This document shows positions 9,259 to 22,444 of a DNA stretch of 37,021 bases, in pieces (the first letter of the stretch is position 1; every line of letters begins with the position of its first letter). The stretch is from positions 1-37,021 of the forward strand of contig JYFJ02003836.1 of the NCBI GenBank assembly GCA_000934665.2, given 5' to 3'. Source of the DNA: Catajapyx aquilonaris. Lineage: Eukaryota. The position numbers and the translations under genes were made by a program. The notes beneath the pieces are model-generated. The model was not told the origin of the DNA. It made no database searches and saw nothing but the letters and a program-made list of their open reading frames with translations.

Positions 9259-12200
9259 TCATAACAAAATAACATCATTTTTATGCAGGCGATGACAGGC
9301 TAATTCCACCGCAAATACCACAACTGCAATGACGTGGCCAAATATTGTACCGAAGAAGATTCCTTTGGTTTGACTGAACTTGAGGGCGAGGGACTGGGTC
9401 AGCAGCAAATAATTCTTCCTCCTTGCTTCAAAAATTCTCCTAAAGTAAACAGATTCGTAAACGAATTTTCGATAGTAAGACAGCAGACCAGCAGCGTCCA
9501 TTCGGATCAAAATCGAGTCGAAACGAGGAGTGAGGACACTGTGCTTGGGAAACACCAAGGCGCCGTAATATCTGGAGGAGGAGTCTTCGGATGAGAGAAA
9601 AGGCCATGTTCCAGCCATGTCCAAGAAATTAGACGCTTCCAGGAGCAGGGTGTTCTGGGCTCCAATACACGAGTAGTCCTCGTCTAAGGCCATCTGAATG
9701 CATTCCTCGAAAGTGTCCGAAGCTTCTATCCCATCGGAAAACTTGTGGTGATGATCCAGATCGGACTCACTCAATATCACTCGAGCATATAGAGCGTGCA
9801 ATGCTGTGCTGCCCCATCGCCATCCCTCTCGATTTACCATATCTGAAGCATATCTGTAGCAGGAGAAATATTGAATCGGATAATTTTTTTTCTGCCTAGT
9901 CCATTACAGCTTAGAATTAAGGTGACTCCAACTAATGTAAATATAATTATTATAATCTAGAAACGGGTATATGACACTTTTATTGGTCATTATATATTTT
10001 TATTTATTTATTTTATTTTTTAAAATTATACCCCGTGCTAGGGCCGAAAGGCCCTCTTAGGGGGGTGGTAATACCACCATATTTGGAATCATGTGTATAA
10101 TTTACAATATTATTTAGTTGGTCCACGATTAGGGTAGGAAAGGAGGGGATGTGCAAAGTGCAAGTGCAATGTCGTTGCTTGGTCATTTTGTGAACTCCCC
10201 CGGGTGCATTAGTCTAGCGGAAATTTCCACCCGAGACGAAGCCAGAGATGGCCCAACTCTGCACGAGATGAAAGGGGGAACCCCGGGTTGGGTTCGAACC
10301 CGGGACCTTAACATCCGTGGGCGCATACGTTACTGCAGTGCCACTCCCGTCTCCCTATTGGTCATTATTTACTGCTGTGCGAACCTATATGCCACAACCC
10401 TAAGTATCATGTTTCAGCCACATTTCCCAATACAGTGTGAAGGGGGACGCTGTCGAAATTTTGGAAGGGGTTGAAAATGTGCCAGTTGTGGCGATTTTTT
10501 TCGGTTAGTGGAAGTGGTCAAAACCCAATAAACATACGAGTATATCAAAACAAAGAGAAAAACAAGATGAATTCAACTATGGAATTATTTTCCATCGGAA
10601 ATGTAACCAGAAAAACGTGTGCGGAATTCCACTGGTCACATGCTCAGTCACATGTCAAAGAATTTGTATGTCGGCAATTTATTAGTGTGTAGGTTATTTG
10701 CGTAACATCAGTCATATTTTGTGACAGGAGTTGTGATCCACACAAGCTTTAATATGTTCAGTTTCAAGCCTGGTACATGCATGGTTCACGAGAAAATATT
10801 AGAGATTTTTCTCGGGTTATCATTATTAATTTTCGGGGACCCAAATTCTTGTATATGTGACCGATGGAATTCCACACACATTTTTCTGGTTACATTTTAA
10901 AGGAAAACTAATTCCACAGTTGCATTTCGTTTTTATTTTATTTGATATGTATAATATTATGTTTAAAGAAAACCTAGGCTTTATTTTCAGTCCCTTATAA
11001 TTTTTTTTTATATTTTCCCCCTCCACACGGTATTGTGCAATATAATTATGCCTCCAGGGGGGTGAGGGAGTGTGGGAGGGCGGAGCAAAGCGAGTATGCT
11101 GAATAAAGTCCCCTGGCGAGGATGTAGGAGGAGGAGGAAGAATATAAATTATATGATGGAAAAGATCTCCCACGTCCCGAGGTCGTAGAAGGCTGGGAGA
11201 ACCACAGTTTGATTCCTTACCCACGAATTAGTTGAGCCAGCCCAGTCCAGAGCCCCATTGCCTCACAAAGCGAGTAGGTGGCGTTAATAAGCCTGAACGA
11301 CCAGAACTATCAGTTCTATAGCTCGTTTTTTTCGCCCAATGGCCGTTTTCAGGGTTTGAGCCTAACATATCCATCGTGAGTGTTTGACTATGATTGTGAT
11401 GAAGCCATTAAATGTAATACGCTGTGCAGAAGTGCACTATTTTATGATATCTATCGCGATTCGTACCTGGGAAGTGTCTCGTGATCCGGGTTGGCCAGAA
11501 ACCCGATGAGCTTGGCCGTGTATCCACAGGTGATGACCACTGCGAATGTCCACCAGAGAGAGAGGAACATCCTGGCAGAGTGTGACCTGGGGACAAGGTT
11601 TGGGTTCTCCTCGATCAGGGTCAGGAGGACATAGGTCAGGGAGTAAGGGAAGAGGGGAGGGGAGGGCTTGGGGAAGGGGGAGGTGACCTTCTTGGTGGTG
11701 ACCAGGAGGAGAAGCCAGAGGAAGAGGCTTCCGATGATGCAGGACAGGGCGATCAGGAGCCACATTCCATTGGTGTACGGTCGGATTATCACGTCCCAGG
11801 AATTAATTACACGTGGTTTGCGAGTAAGGGATGCTCCTTGAGAAATGTGGCAAAAGTACCCATATTCGACAACCTCTAGCGGAGCAGTGAACGTGACCGT
11901 AAATGCACCAAGATCGTATTTTCTGTACAAAACGGCGCCAACCATGCCAATCCATGTTCCGTCGTCCATCTTTGGTTCCACAGACACAGCGTTTTCCATC
12001 GTCTCTACAGTAATCTCAAAGTTACTTCTAATCGCCAATTCATAACATACAAGTTCGATAATATGATCTATAGGTCGCCAAGAGTAAAACCTATCTCGTA
12101 TGTTATTTCTGTCTGACGATATCGGGAAAGGAGAAACAGCCAGGAAGTGAGTTCCATGTAGATCTCTAGTGAAATCGGGATATAACTCATCAAGAGCCCA

Positions 12201-13135
12201 AGTAGTGGACTGGATTAGGACTATGTCTGATTTTTCTTTGTTACAATAGAAGCAGTTTGACCAAAACGAGAAGGCGTCCACGTCGACAGCAAGGTTGCGC
12301 CTGGAAGATACAAAATATGGAGCATGGTAGGCAGTCTAATGGATATGTAAAGGCAATGCAAATAATCAAAATACTGTAATGTGGAAGATCGTCAATTTCT
12401 CTGGTTTTATTCCCCACAGGCCAACGTATAGCTTTCCTGGTGCAACATAATAATATTGTCAGTGGGAGCCTTAATTGCACAATTCTTTTGGTGTCTGCAT
12501 TTTCTAATGTAGTATTTCGTACAGGAAGACTCTAGGATTAATGTTGCAATAAAGACAGTGGCATAATTATACAGGAGATCTCCTATCACTCACCTGAGTA
12601 TCCTGGAGTGTGGGTGCAGAAGTATCTGCTCCACCCCTCCATCCCTGGTGAAGAAGACGAAGTGGTGCAGACGGGTGTTGAGGAGGACACTGGCTGCAGT
12701 GGTCTGGATCAGTGACTCCAAGTTCTGGTGACGGAGGAAGAAGACGAACAAGGCGCAGTTGGAGTGATGGGTGGCACCGGGAAGATGCAGCCAGTCGAAC
12801 CAGTAAGACACTTGTGAAATCGTTTCATTGACGTTCAGATCATTTTGTGTCGCCTCCGTGGCAGCAGTGTCATTCTCCAAATGTGTCGGTCGAATAAGCA
12901 GCATCATTCGCTCTTTTTTATGAAATCGGCCCAGCAATTGTGTCAGGTGTTGAGGAAGATGATCATAATCGTGGGAAATGGCAATCAGGCAAGAGTCGTC
13001 GAGCTGGGACTCAATTTCTTCTAAGAGAACATGTTCGCCAGGAAATGTCTTGTTGTCACTTTCAGGCATATGTGAATTAGCAGATGCAATGGAAATTAAA
13101 AACGTAACCGCAAGAACGAACATATTGCCACCCAT
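9259..13135 (-). CDS. Divergent ionotropic receptor B; exons 13135-12594, 12300-11467, 9853-9259 (656 aa; start could be 13123)
   Basis: In-frame GT-AG joins (1971 nt) and the same IR motifs. Exons 2 and 3 are closest to gene A. Distinct signal peptide MFVLAVTFLISIASA. Intron 2 is expanded to 1.6 kb. Confidence 0.9.
9994..10355 (-). mobile_element. SINE family 2 copy in intron 2 of gene B
   Basis: B-box GGTTCGAACCC on the minus strand, A-rich tail, 13-bp TSD TATTGGTCATTAT at 9981-9993 and 10356-10368. Confidence 0.88.
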
Positions 13136-13674
13136 TGAATGTGAAATTGCGTGACAAAAATGAACGATATGTTTCGTAAACGGAGGATATACCGTTTGCG
13201 AGCAAGAGCAACAGAATATTGAGAAATCAAACTTGGTCAGTTTATCGTAAATCATGCAGCATCTATCAGATGAAAAAAATATCCCCAGAGCCCATATAGC
13301 TATAAGGGAGGAGGCAATCGTTTCATAAGTTTACGGACACACCCTTTTGATGTAGACTATAATAGAACATAATTTTATTGATAGTACAGAGTTTCATTAA
13401 GTGTTGCATAATGGTTATTCACAAAATATTTGGTCCCACCATAATTTCCAAAAAAAAACATTCTCTCAAAGGATTGTAATGTACGTTCCCGGATAATATA
13501 GTCATTTTATTTTAATCTCTAACTATTTGACAGCTTGGGTAACATTTAAGGTGTTTATTGGGCTTACCAACCATTAAGTTCTCAAGCCCACACTAAAATA
13601 CTAGCAAACAATACACAATAGCATACAGCAATACACAAATCAACAAAATTTAAACATTGGTAAACGAGAGCTGG

Positions 13675-13675
<1 letters not shown>

Positions 13676-13714
<39 letters not shown>

Positions 13715-14225
13715 TCATCAGGTCGGAGGTTAGGACCGCCATGAATTTTCTTCCTTCAATACAGCTTCAACCCGAAGGCAAAACTCATTAAAAGGGCCAA
13801 ACAATTGTGTCACCAAAGCGCTCTTTGAACATGGCCAACCCAGGCCCACAGAGATTGACGACCTCATCAATTCCCCCCTGGCCCTCAGAATCTCTGGCAT
13901 GGTACAATTACGAAGGATATGTGCCGCATCCTGAGCTCCATGACAGCACGGGCAAAGTTCGCCCCAAACTTGTTCCTCTTCAGAAAGGAGTCCGAACCTA
14001 GCTATACTGTAGGTAGGCCATGTACGGGCCATGGCCAGAAACGAGGTGGGCTATGTGGCCATGAAGGTGACGGGATGTCGAGACAACTGGTAAGAAGCCC
14101 TGGTACTGTACCACCTGTCCTTCAGAGCCGTCCAAGTAAGCCTCCTGCCAGCCGATCAAGGTCTCCCTCCAGATCCGACCCTGCATAGTCCCCGCCGTTT
14201 CAGGGAAATCTTGGGTAACAGGCAA
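13676..14225 (-). mobile_element. 5'-truncated non-LTR retrotransposon (LINE) 3' end
   Basis: ORF 14032-13730 has a CPCC-x-HILRNC zinc-knuckle-like motif typical of ORF2 C-termini. The stop is followed by a very short UTR and a (GAT)n tail at 13676-13719. The 5' boundary is approximate. Confidence 0.7.
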
Positions 14226-14324
14226 ATAAGTTCAACATACGAGTTATATTATTATATTTTATGTTACTTTATTTATATATCATTATATTATATTAATATA
14301 TTATTATATTATAGTTATATTATA

Positions 14325-14371
14325 GTTATTATAGTTATTACAGTGTTATTATAGTTATTATTCTCATTATT

Positions 14372-14418
<47 letters not shown>
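14325..14418. repeat. (TTA)n microsatellite and AT-rich low complexity
   Basis: Direct reading of the sequence. Confidence 0.9.
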
Positions 14419-14419
<1 letters not shown>

Positions 14420-14625
14420 TTATCGTATATTATTTAGACTCAGTGGTGCATTAATCAACATTGCAGCTGTAATATCGACAACTTTGTCCCTTTAAATTTT
14501 GTTATTCAGAAATGACGCATAACTCACTAAGTACGTACGGGTGTGACACCGAAAATACTATACAGTACAGTATTGTGATGTGATTTGTGTTGGGGTGATA
14601 GTCCCATTTGCGTTGAAGTTGAGAT

Positions 14626-16793
14626 TTACTTCCAGCGACGGATACTACACGAGAGAGAAATTTTTTCGGCAATGAACGTGATAAGTGCAATTGAATGCAA
14701 GAGTATAATGCCATAAAACATTCCCTGCATCTGAATAAAATTCAAAGCCATGGATGGGGCATGCCACACTGGACGGTTTCCAGCTCTGGCCTGGTTGACT
14801 TTTTCTATTTTCATTACGCTGAAACTGTACAGTGTGTAGTATTCGGAAAGACCAGAGGCCTCCAAGTGCAAAAATTTGCTATCGAAACGAGGGATAAGAA
14901 TGTCATGCTTGGGGAAAAAAACGGCGCCAAATAATTTAACAGAAGTGTCCATCGCCTTGATGAAAGGCAGGTTTCCTTCTTTGTCCAGAAATTCGTAGGC
15001 GGCCTGCATCAGTAATAATTCCCCGCTAATGCATGCAAAATCTGAGGTTAGAGATTCACGGAGACATTCGTCGAAATTTTCTATCATCTGAATTGGCTCG
15101 AGCAAGGCAGTCAGAGATTCCGCTTCTGCATCAGCGAATAAAATCTTGGCAAATATCACGTGCATTGGTATGGAACCCCAAGACCATCCTGGGCGATACA
15201 CCAACTCCAGTAGGTTACTGCAACAAAAAATTTACAATATTAGATGAAGAACTGATAATGGTGCGTAGTTTGCGTAAAAATTATTCATACCTTGGTAAGG
15301 ATTCATGCAGTGGATTGGCTAGAAACCCGATCAACTTGGCGGTGTGTCCACATGTGATGACCACTGCGAATGTCCACCAGAGAGAGAGGAACATCCTGGC
15401 AGAGTGTGACCTCGGGACAAGGTTTGGGTTCTCCTCGATCAGGGTCAGGAGGACGTAGGTCAGGGAGTAAGGGAAGAGGGGAGGGGAGGGCTTGGGGAAG
15501 GGAGAGGTGACCTTCTTGGTGGTGACCAGGAGGAGAAGCCAGAGGAAGAGGCTTCCGATGACGCAGGAGATGGCGATCAGGACCCACATTCCGTAGGTGT
15601 AGGGCCGGATTACCACATCCCATGAGTCTACCACTCTTGGTAGGCGTGTAACAAATGTCATTACAGTATAGTAATAGAAGTATCCGTACTCGATTACCTC
15701 GAGAGGATTGGGGAATGGTATTGAAAAAGGACAGAAGTCGATTCTCTGGTGAAGAATCTCCCCAATCATCCCTATCCATGTCCCGTCGTCCATCTTGTTC
15801 CCAAGAGCAATTGCGTTTTCCATTATTACTAGCACCAAATTAAAATTCATTGAGTCTGTCAGGTCCCGGTATAATAACTCGGGAAAGACAAGTGTCTTGC
15901 GATCTCTGAATTTTTGGTCCACAACGGTGGTGTTGGTTTCGATGTCCGCAAAAGCGAAAGTTCCCACCAAAGATTTTCCGTGCAAGTCCATAGTAAAATC
16001 CGGGAACAGAATGTCCAGTGTAGATGTGAGCTGATCGATCTCGACTACTTTCTGCTCTCCGTTGTCGCAGAAGAAGCAATTTGTCCAGAGAATTTCTGTT
16101 TCCATGTCCACTACAAGTTTATACCTGAAAGAATATGTGTACTTATATCCTGTACACGATATGCAAGCTGATGCTATAAAAATATTATCATCATGCGCAC
16201 ATTCTGCTTATACACCCTATAAAATAATGAGTTTATGATAATTATGGACTGAATGCTTACTTGAGATGGCGTGATCGTTGATGCAACAGGATCGTGTCCA
16301 CTCCCCCATCCTTGGTGAAGAACAGGAAGAGATGCATCCTGGTGTTGAGGAGGACAGTGGCTGCAGTGGTCTCGATCAGCGATTCGAAGTTCTGGTGGTG
16401 AAGAAAGAAGACGATGAAGGTGCAGTGGGACAAGTGTTTCGCTTCAAGACGATGCAGCCAGTCGAACCAGTACGTGACTGGTGCAGTGTAGTTGACTGTG
16501 GGATCCGTGACCTCTGTTGTGGCGGAGTATTCCTGTGGCCCGAGTCTGATGTGCAGAGTCAAGTGTTGGTCATCTGGACTGATGGGCCTGTCCACCAAGC
16601 GAGCCAGTTGGTTGGGCAGACGGGAGTAGTCGTGGGCCAGGACTGTCAGGCAGGTGCTGTCCAGCTGGGTCTGGATGGCCTCCAGAAGGAGGATCTCTCG
16701 CTCAAGTGTCGCGTTGTCACCCTCATCTCCTAGGTGGATTTGGAGGGAAACGGGGGACAGCAGGACGAAAAGGGTGCTCAGGAGAGAAAACAT
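14626..16793 (-). CDS. Divergent ionotropic receptor C; exons 16793-16261, 16124-15291, 15217-14626 (652 aa)
   Basis: In-frame GT-AG joins (1959 nt). IR motifs DGTWIGMIGEILHQRIDF, PRSHSARMFLSLWW, GHTAKLIGFL, FPKHDILIPRFD. Confidence 0.9.
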
Positions 16794-17704
16794 TGTCTGC
16801 AGAGGTCAGAGTGATCGTAGCAAGTGGTACATTGACTATCTGTAACTATAACTGCGGTCTGCGGATAAGACAGTATGCTCAACTGTGAAAGGACAATTTG
16901 TGTCTATATGAGCATGACCGTGGCATGACCAGCAGTAATGCTTTGAGATTTGGGCCTAGCAATCACGTAACCAATCCCTGCTATATTTGTATGTCACAAC
17001 TCCTGCCCTTCAAGTACTATTTCGGCATGTGAGGTGCACACGTGCGTGAATTTAAGTGAACGGAAATAAACCGCTGTAGGAAATGAACCACGCAGGCTTA
17101 TCTACATGCTTCCAATGGAACCTAATTTTACGGTCGAATTATCTTAAGCACACTCGAACACTTTGAATAGGTCTACTGAGCTGATTTCTAAAACAAATAT
17201 TTCGGGAAAATGCGCAACAGTTTCAGGGTCAGAGGTGGTACAAAATTAATAAATGTGGGTTTATTGATAGGTTCAGGTTAAGATATCACTAGAAGAACCC
17301 TCGCTTCGCGCGCAATTTTCTATGGTGCAGGCCTAGAAAACCACTCGCTTCGTTAGTTTTTTCTATCTCTGTGGACTGCGGTTTAAACCTTGTTGTTAAT
17401 GATGCCCATCCATCACCTATCCGCATCATATTCTCCCCCCCCCCTCTCTCTCTCTCTTCCTGCATAATTATACGATCGTATGCTCCCTGTCGTGGTGCTG
17501 ATTCGAAAGCGGGAGGTTTGCAACACGCCTTTTTTACGTTCGGTTGTACGTATTCGCCGGTAGTAAGTTTCTGACACTTTACCGAAAGAAGTTGGGAGTA
17601 GGCGGGTGCCTCGAAGACATTGTACTGTAGAGTACTTCCCATCTGTGAAAGTACCGCAAGGGTAGACCTACTCCAGCAGTTCTGAAGCAGTCCATTTGAT
17701 GATA

Positions 17705-17812
17705 AATTTTTAATGCTCTTCTAATGCTCTTGTAATGCTGCCGTGATGCTTTATGTTTCTAAAAAGCACCACACAGGAGCATTAGCAGAGCATTAGAAGA
17801 GCATTAAAAATT
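17705..17812. repeat. Imperfect inverted repeat built of TAATGCTCTT units (second copy ~27583-27676)
   Basis: AATTTTTAATGCTCTTCTAATGCTCT...AGAGCATTAGAAGAGCATTAAAAATT; probably a MITE relic. Confidence 0.65.
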
Positions 17813-18473
17813 ATTGATGTTCAATGAAAGACTCACCAGTGATGCTCTTTTAATGTTTTGTGGTTTACAGTGTAGCTATACAGTAGGCTATTGTACAGTA
17901 ACGTATTACAGTATATACGTACGTCGAGACATGTCGAGGTAACCATCTTCTTATTTGAGGTGTTCAGAAAGGATCAGAAAAACAAGCGCATAAGTAGTTA
18001 GACACTTTCGATGTAAATCATGCTGCTTACCGAATCCAAGGTACAATAAATGTATAGCAGGGTGGGTATTGATAAAGCTGTGGCTTTCAGCAAGAGAGAT
18101 GACAATTGTTTTCTCAATATCCCTACTTTATCAGTTACGATTGGCGCTATTAGGAGAAGGTGTAAAAACGAACAAGTCAACGAATGTGGCTTATTAATTT
18201 TATTCAGGTTACAGCATCCTCAGAATAGTCCTAGAAGCCCATGAAGTAATGTAAATCCTATATTTTTGTGTGATCAGGTGCGACAAATTCCAATGGCGCC
18301 TAACAACCATTATAAACATGACCTATTCGGTGCTCTGCCAGATTTAGTGCGACTATCATCCGGTGATTACTACATTTTTGTGATGATATTTGTGTCTCAA
18401 TAGTAAAATTTAAGTTTACAATTTGAACCTTCTCTATTGATTGCTTATTAACAGATCAATATACCATATTTAA

Positions 18474-21400
18474 TAGGCAAGCGGTCACTCGGCCTTCTGA
18501 GAGGTCCAGTGACCACTTCGGGTATAACAAGCAAATGACCTTTTTTTTGGAAAGTGCATATCGTGACTGCATCGTACATGAAATTTTTTTGATGTCGGAC
18601 CCCGGGAAGTGCCGGAAATGACGTCATCAAGATGGCCGAAATTGAACATTGCTAGGGTGCTAGAAATGAATTTATGGAGCCCCCAGAGTACTCGTTCTGA
18701 CTGCGGATTTTGGCTGCCAAGTTGTTAAGAAGTGCCTAGGCGATAATTACACAACCATACCGCTTCCTCAGGAATGAGTATGAGGTCACATGACTGACAA
18801 ATACGCCAAGCAACTTACCAAATTTCAGAGAACATTTCGCTTTAGTCACGTTTTGCTGCTCCCCCTTGAGGTATAGCAGAGAATACTTCCTGTAGACATT
18901 GTCGCGGGCTTTATTGTGGACATTTTGGCATTTATTAGAAGTCCATCGGTTGAGCATTGTACACAGGAGAGCATTTTTTGTGAGCGAGTGCGCGAGTGCG
19001 CGAGTAGGTGGCGCCTGGCGCCTGTAGTACGCCAGATGAGTGAAATATTTGTAAGAATGGCGTCTTTAATGATAGAAGCATGAAATTTGGCACACTTGTA
19101 GACAACACCCTAATGGACGTTTTTGGTAGGGTGGCCATCTCAGATTCTTCCTGTAATTAAATTGGCAGCCATTTTTTAAAATGGCGACTAGGTGTTATGG
19201 AAACGTCTTATTTTTTGTAGTTATTCATGTACAATCATTTACTTGTGGCCATACGATGACTATTAGAAGTTTAACGTACTTTAGAAGTAAAAAATAAAGC
19301 ATATTAGTACATAATAATCATCATCATATTCATAATTTATAGCATACTAGGTCTATCTAATTCTATTGTTGTAAAATTTTGTGGTATCATTCGCAGCCTT
19401 TTCCCATTTGCCACTGCCCATCGGGGTAACGAATAAATAAATAAATACATAAATTCATAAATAAGTTAAATACATAAATAAATGTCATTTTATTGGGGTA
19501 GTCGAGTGAAGAAAAATAAAATCATTCACAATATTATTGATAGTTGTTTATTCGATGCGCATGCAGTGTCTTGGATTAGCTATTTTTATTTTATTGTTCA
19601 TTATTAAATAAATATTGATGCTATCCCTCAAACCCATTAATTGTAATAACCACCCCTTCCATCCTCAAGTGTGCATCTTTCCTCGCAGGCACATGATATG
19701 AGTTCTCTGCAAAGTCTTCCAGGTGTCCCTTGCAGTCCTTCTGCCTCTTCCCCCATAAAAAGAGACAATTTCGCACCCAGTTATTGCGTGAAACATCGGG
19801 AAGGCATCGCAACCACCAGGATCCAAATCTCTTGATAACCCATCAGCAGCAAAGAATGGGAAATTCTTCCCATCAACTTCAAATGCAATCCGTAGTTCTT
19901 CATAGTCATCACGGATTATATATCTAGCCGTGTTACATACTGTAATAATTATTCTAGCTGAGATTTGACGTTCTGTATATGAACACAGTACTGGCAGAAT
20001 CTTCGTTGGTTTTTGCTAATGCTGGTCTCAGCATAATGGCAATTGCAGCCCGTCGAGGATGGTTAATTAGGTTGTTATAGTTTCAGAGTAGGGCCTAGTG
20101 TTTTTTCGGGTGTGAGTTACTAGAGGCATATCAATAAATCTAGCTTTGTTCTGGTTCTTAGTAGACACATCACTAGATTCAACAGGGCTGGAGGATATGC
20201 TTGATTACTATCATTCTAAAGAAATATCCATATCTCCATTACGTGTCTGTGATTCAATGTAGAGTCAATAAAATAGTGATCGGTCATTCCAATAAACATG
20301 GCAGAACTACCTTGTATTTCATTAATTTGGAGTTGGGAAGAACTATTTGTTCTTTTTGCCACTGATGACTTGATGAATGATCAAGAGATGTGGGTCCAGG
20401 TGGTTGCAATGCCTTCCCGATGTTTCACGCAATAACTGGGTGCGAGATTGTCTCTTTTTATGGGGGAAGAGGCAGAAGGACTGCAAGGGACACCTGGAAG
20501 GCTTTGCAGAGAACTCATATCATGTGGCTGCGAGGAAAGATGCACACTTGAGGATGGAAGGGGTGGTTATTACAATTAATGGGTTTGAGGGATAGCATCA
20601 ATATTTATTTAATAATGAAGAATAAAATAAAAATTGGTAATCCAAGACACTGCATGCGCATCGAATAAACAACGATCAATAATATTGTGAATGATTTTAT
20701 TTTTCTTCACTCGACTACCCCAATAAAATGACATTTATTTATGTATTTAACTTATTTATGTATTTATGTATTTATTTATTTATTCGTTACCCCGATGGGC
20801 AGTGGCAAATGGGAAATGGCTGCGAATGATACCACAAAATTTTACAACAATAGAATTAGATAGACCTAGTATGCTATAAATTATGAATATGATGATGATT
20901 ATTATGTACTAATATGCTTTATTTTTTACTTCTAAAGTACGTTAAACTTCTAATAGTCATCGTATGGCCACAAGTAAATGATTGTACATGAATAACTACA
21001 AAAAATAAGACGTTTCCATAACACCTAGTCGCCATTTTAAAAAATGGGTGCCAATTTAATTACAGGAAGAATCTGAGATGGCCACCCTACCAAAAACGTC
21101 CATTAGGGTGTTGTCTACAAGTGTGCCAAATTTCATGCTTCTATCATTAAAGACGCCCGGCATTCTTACAAATATTTCACTCATCTGGCGTACTACAGGC
21201 GCCATGCGCCACCTACTCGCGCACTCGCGCACTCGCTCACAAAAAATGCTCTCCTGTGTACAATGCTCAACCGATGGACTTCTAATAAATGCCAAAATGT
21301 CCACAATAAAGCCCGAGACAATGTCTACAGGAAGTATTCTCTGCTATACCTCAAGGGGGAGCAGCAAAACGTGACTAAAGCGAAATGTTCTCTGAAATTT

Positions 21401-21752
21401 GGTAAGTTGCTTGGCGTATTTGTCAGTCATGTGACCTCATACTCATTCCTGAGGAAGCGGTATGGTTGTGTAATTATCGCCTAGGCACTTCTTAACAACT
21501 TGGCAGCCAAAATCCGCAGTCAGAACGAGTACTGGGGGCTCCATAAATTCATTTCTAGCACCCTAGCAATGCTCAATTTCGGCCATCTTGATGACGTCAT
21601 TTCCGGCACTTCCCGGGGTCCGACATCAAAAAAATTTCATGTACGATGCAGTCACGATATGCACTTTCCAAAAAAATGTCATTTGCTTGTTATACCGAAG
21701 TGGTCACTAAACCCTTAAATAAGCGTCTTTTCCTTCAGTGACCGCTCGCCTA
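18474..21752. mobile_element. 3.3-kb non-coding foldback element with ~1.36-kb inverted arms
   Basis: 18474-~19836 is the reverse complement of ~20380-21752 (mirror ORFs in the track). Termini TAGGC(A/G)AGCGGTCACT. TAA at 18471-18473 and 21753-21755 (could also be read as a TA TSD). Absent from the duplicate region at ~28300-28330. Confidence 0.9.
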
Positions 21753-22444
21753 TAAGGACTATATTAAATACTAGTAGCGGATCCGTTGCCAAATTTTGGT
21801 AACACTGCTTGTCCCACCCCTCAACTTGGAATTAGTACTGTACAACAGGCCCCTACCAGTTGGCGCATAGACTCCCTCTGCACCCTACTGCCACATGCCG
21901 TGCTTAAAGGGAAGGTAGTACTGCATGCACGTTGGTGATGAGTCATCAACCAGGGTGCTATAACCAGCACGTGTCTCACCTCCATTGAAGTGGATCCCAC
22001 CCTTCTCTGACCCCCAAATGTTCTCTAATTATTGTTCAACGTGAAACGTAATAAACCATAGTTATACTAAAGTACTAGGCGATGAGTGTTGACGGACATT
22101 TAACCACGCAGAGAGGATAATGCTTTTATTGATATGATTATTAGATATAAGCAGTCCTATAATTACTGCACAATTTAGGTCAGAGTCCAGCCGCTCTTAC
22201 TTGACTAAATCTATAGAATAGCAAGCAACCCTGTAAGTACAGTACGTTGCAATCGGAAATAATAATATGCAAAAGAAGGAAATATTAATATATCTAACGC
22301 TACAGGACAGGTCAAGGGTAAGGCAAGAAGCCAACGGTCAATATCAGATTATGTAATCATTTACGTAACGTCACTTTTACTTCTCTATTTTTCTCATTTC
22401 GCATACTCTTTTCATTATCAAAAAATTGCTTTCAACGAGGGAAA

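Noticed and set aside
10428..11370. Possible DNA transposon in intron 2 of B starting TA-CAGTG
   Set aside because: No matching right-hand TIR or TSD found by eye.
18736..21484. Mirror-image short ORFs in the foldback arms
   Set aside because: All under 100 aa, frameshifted between arms in places, no transposase motifs.
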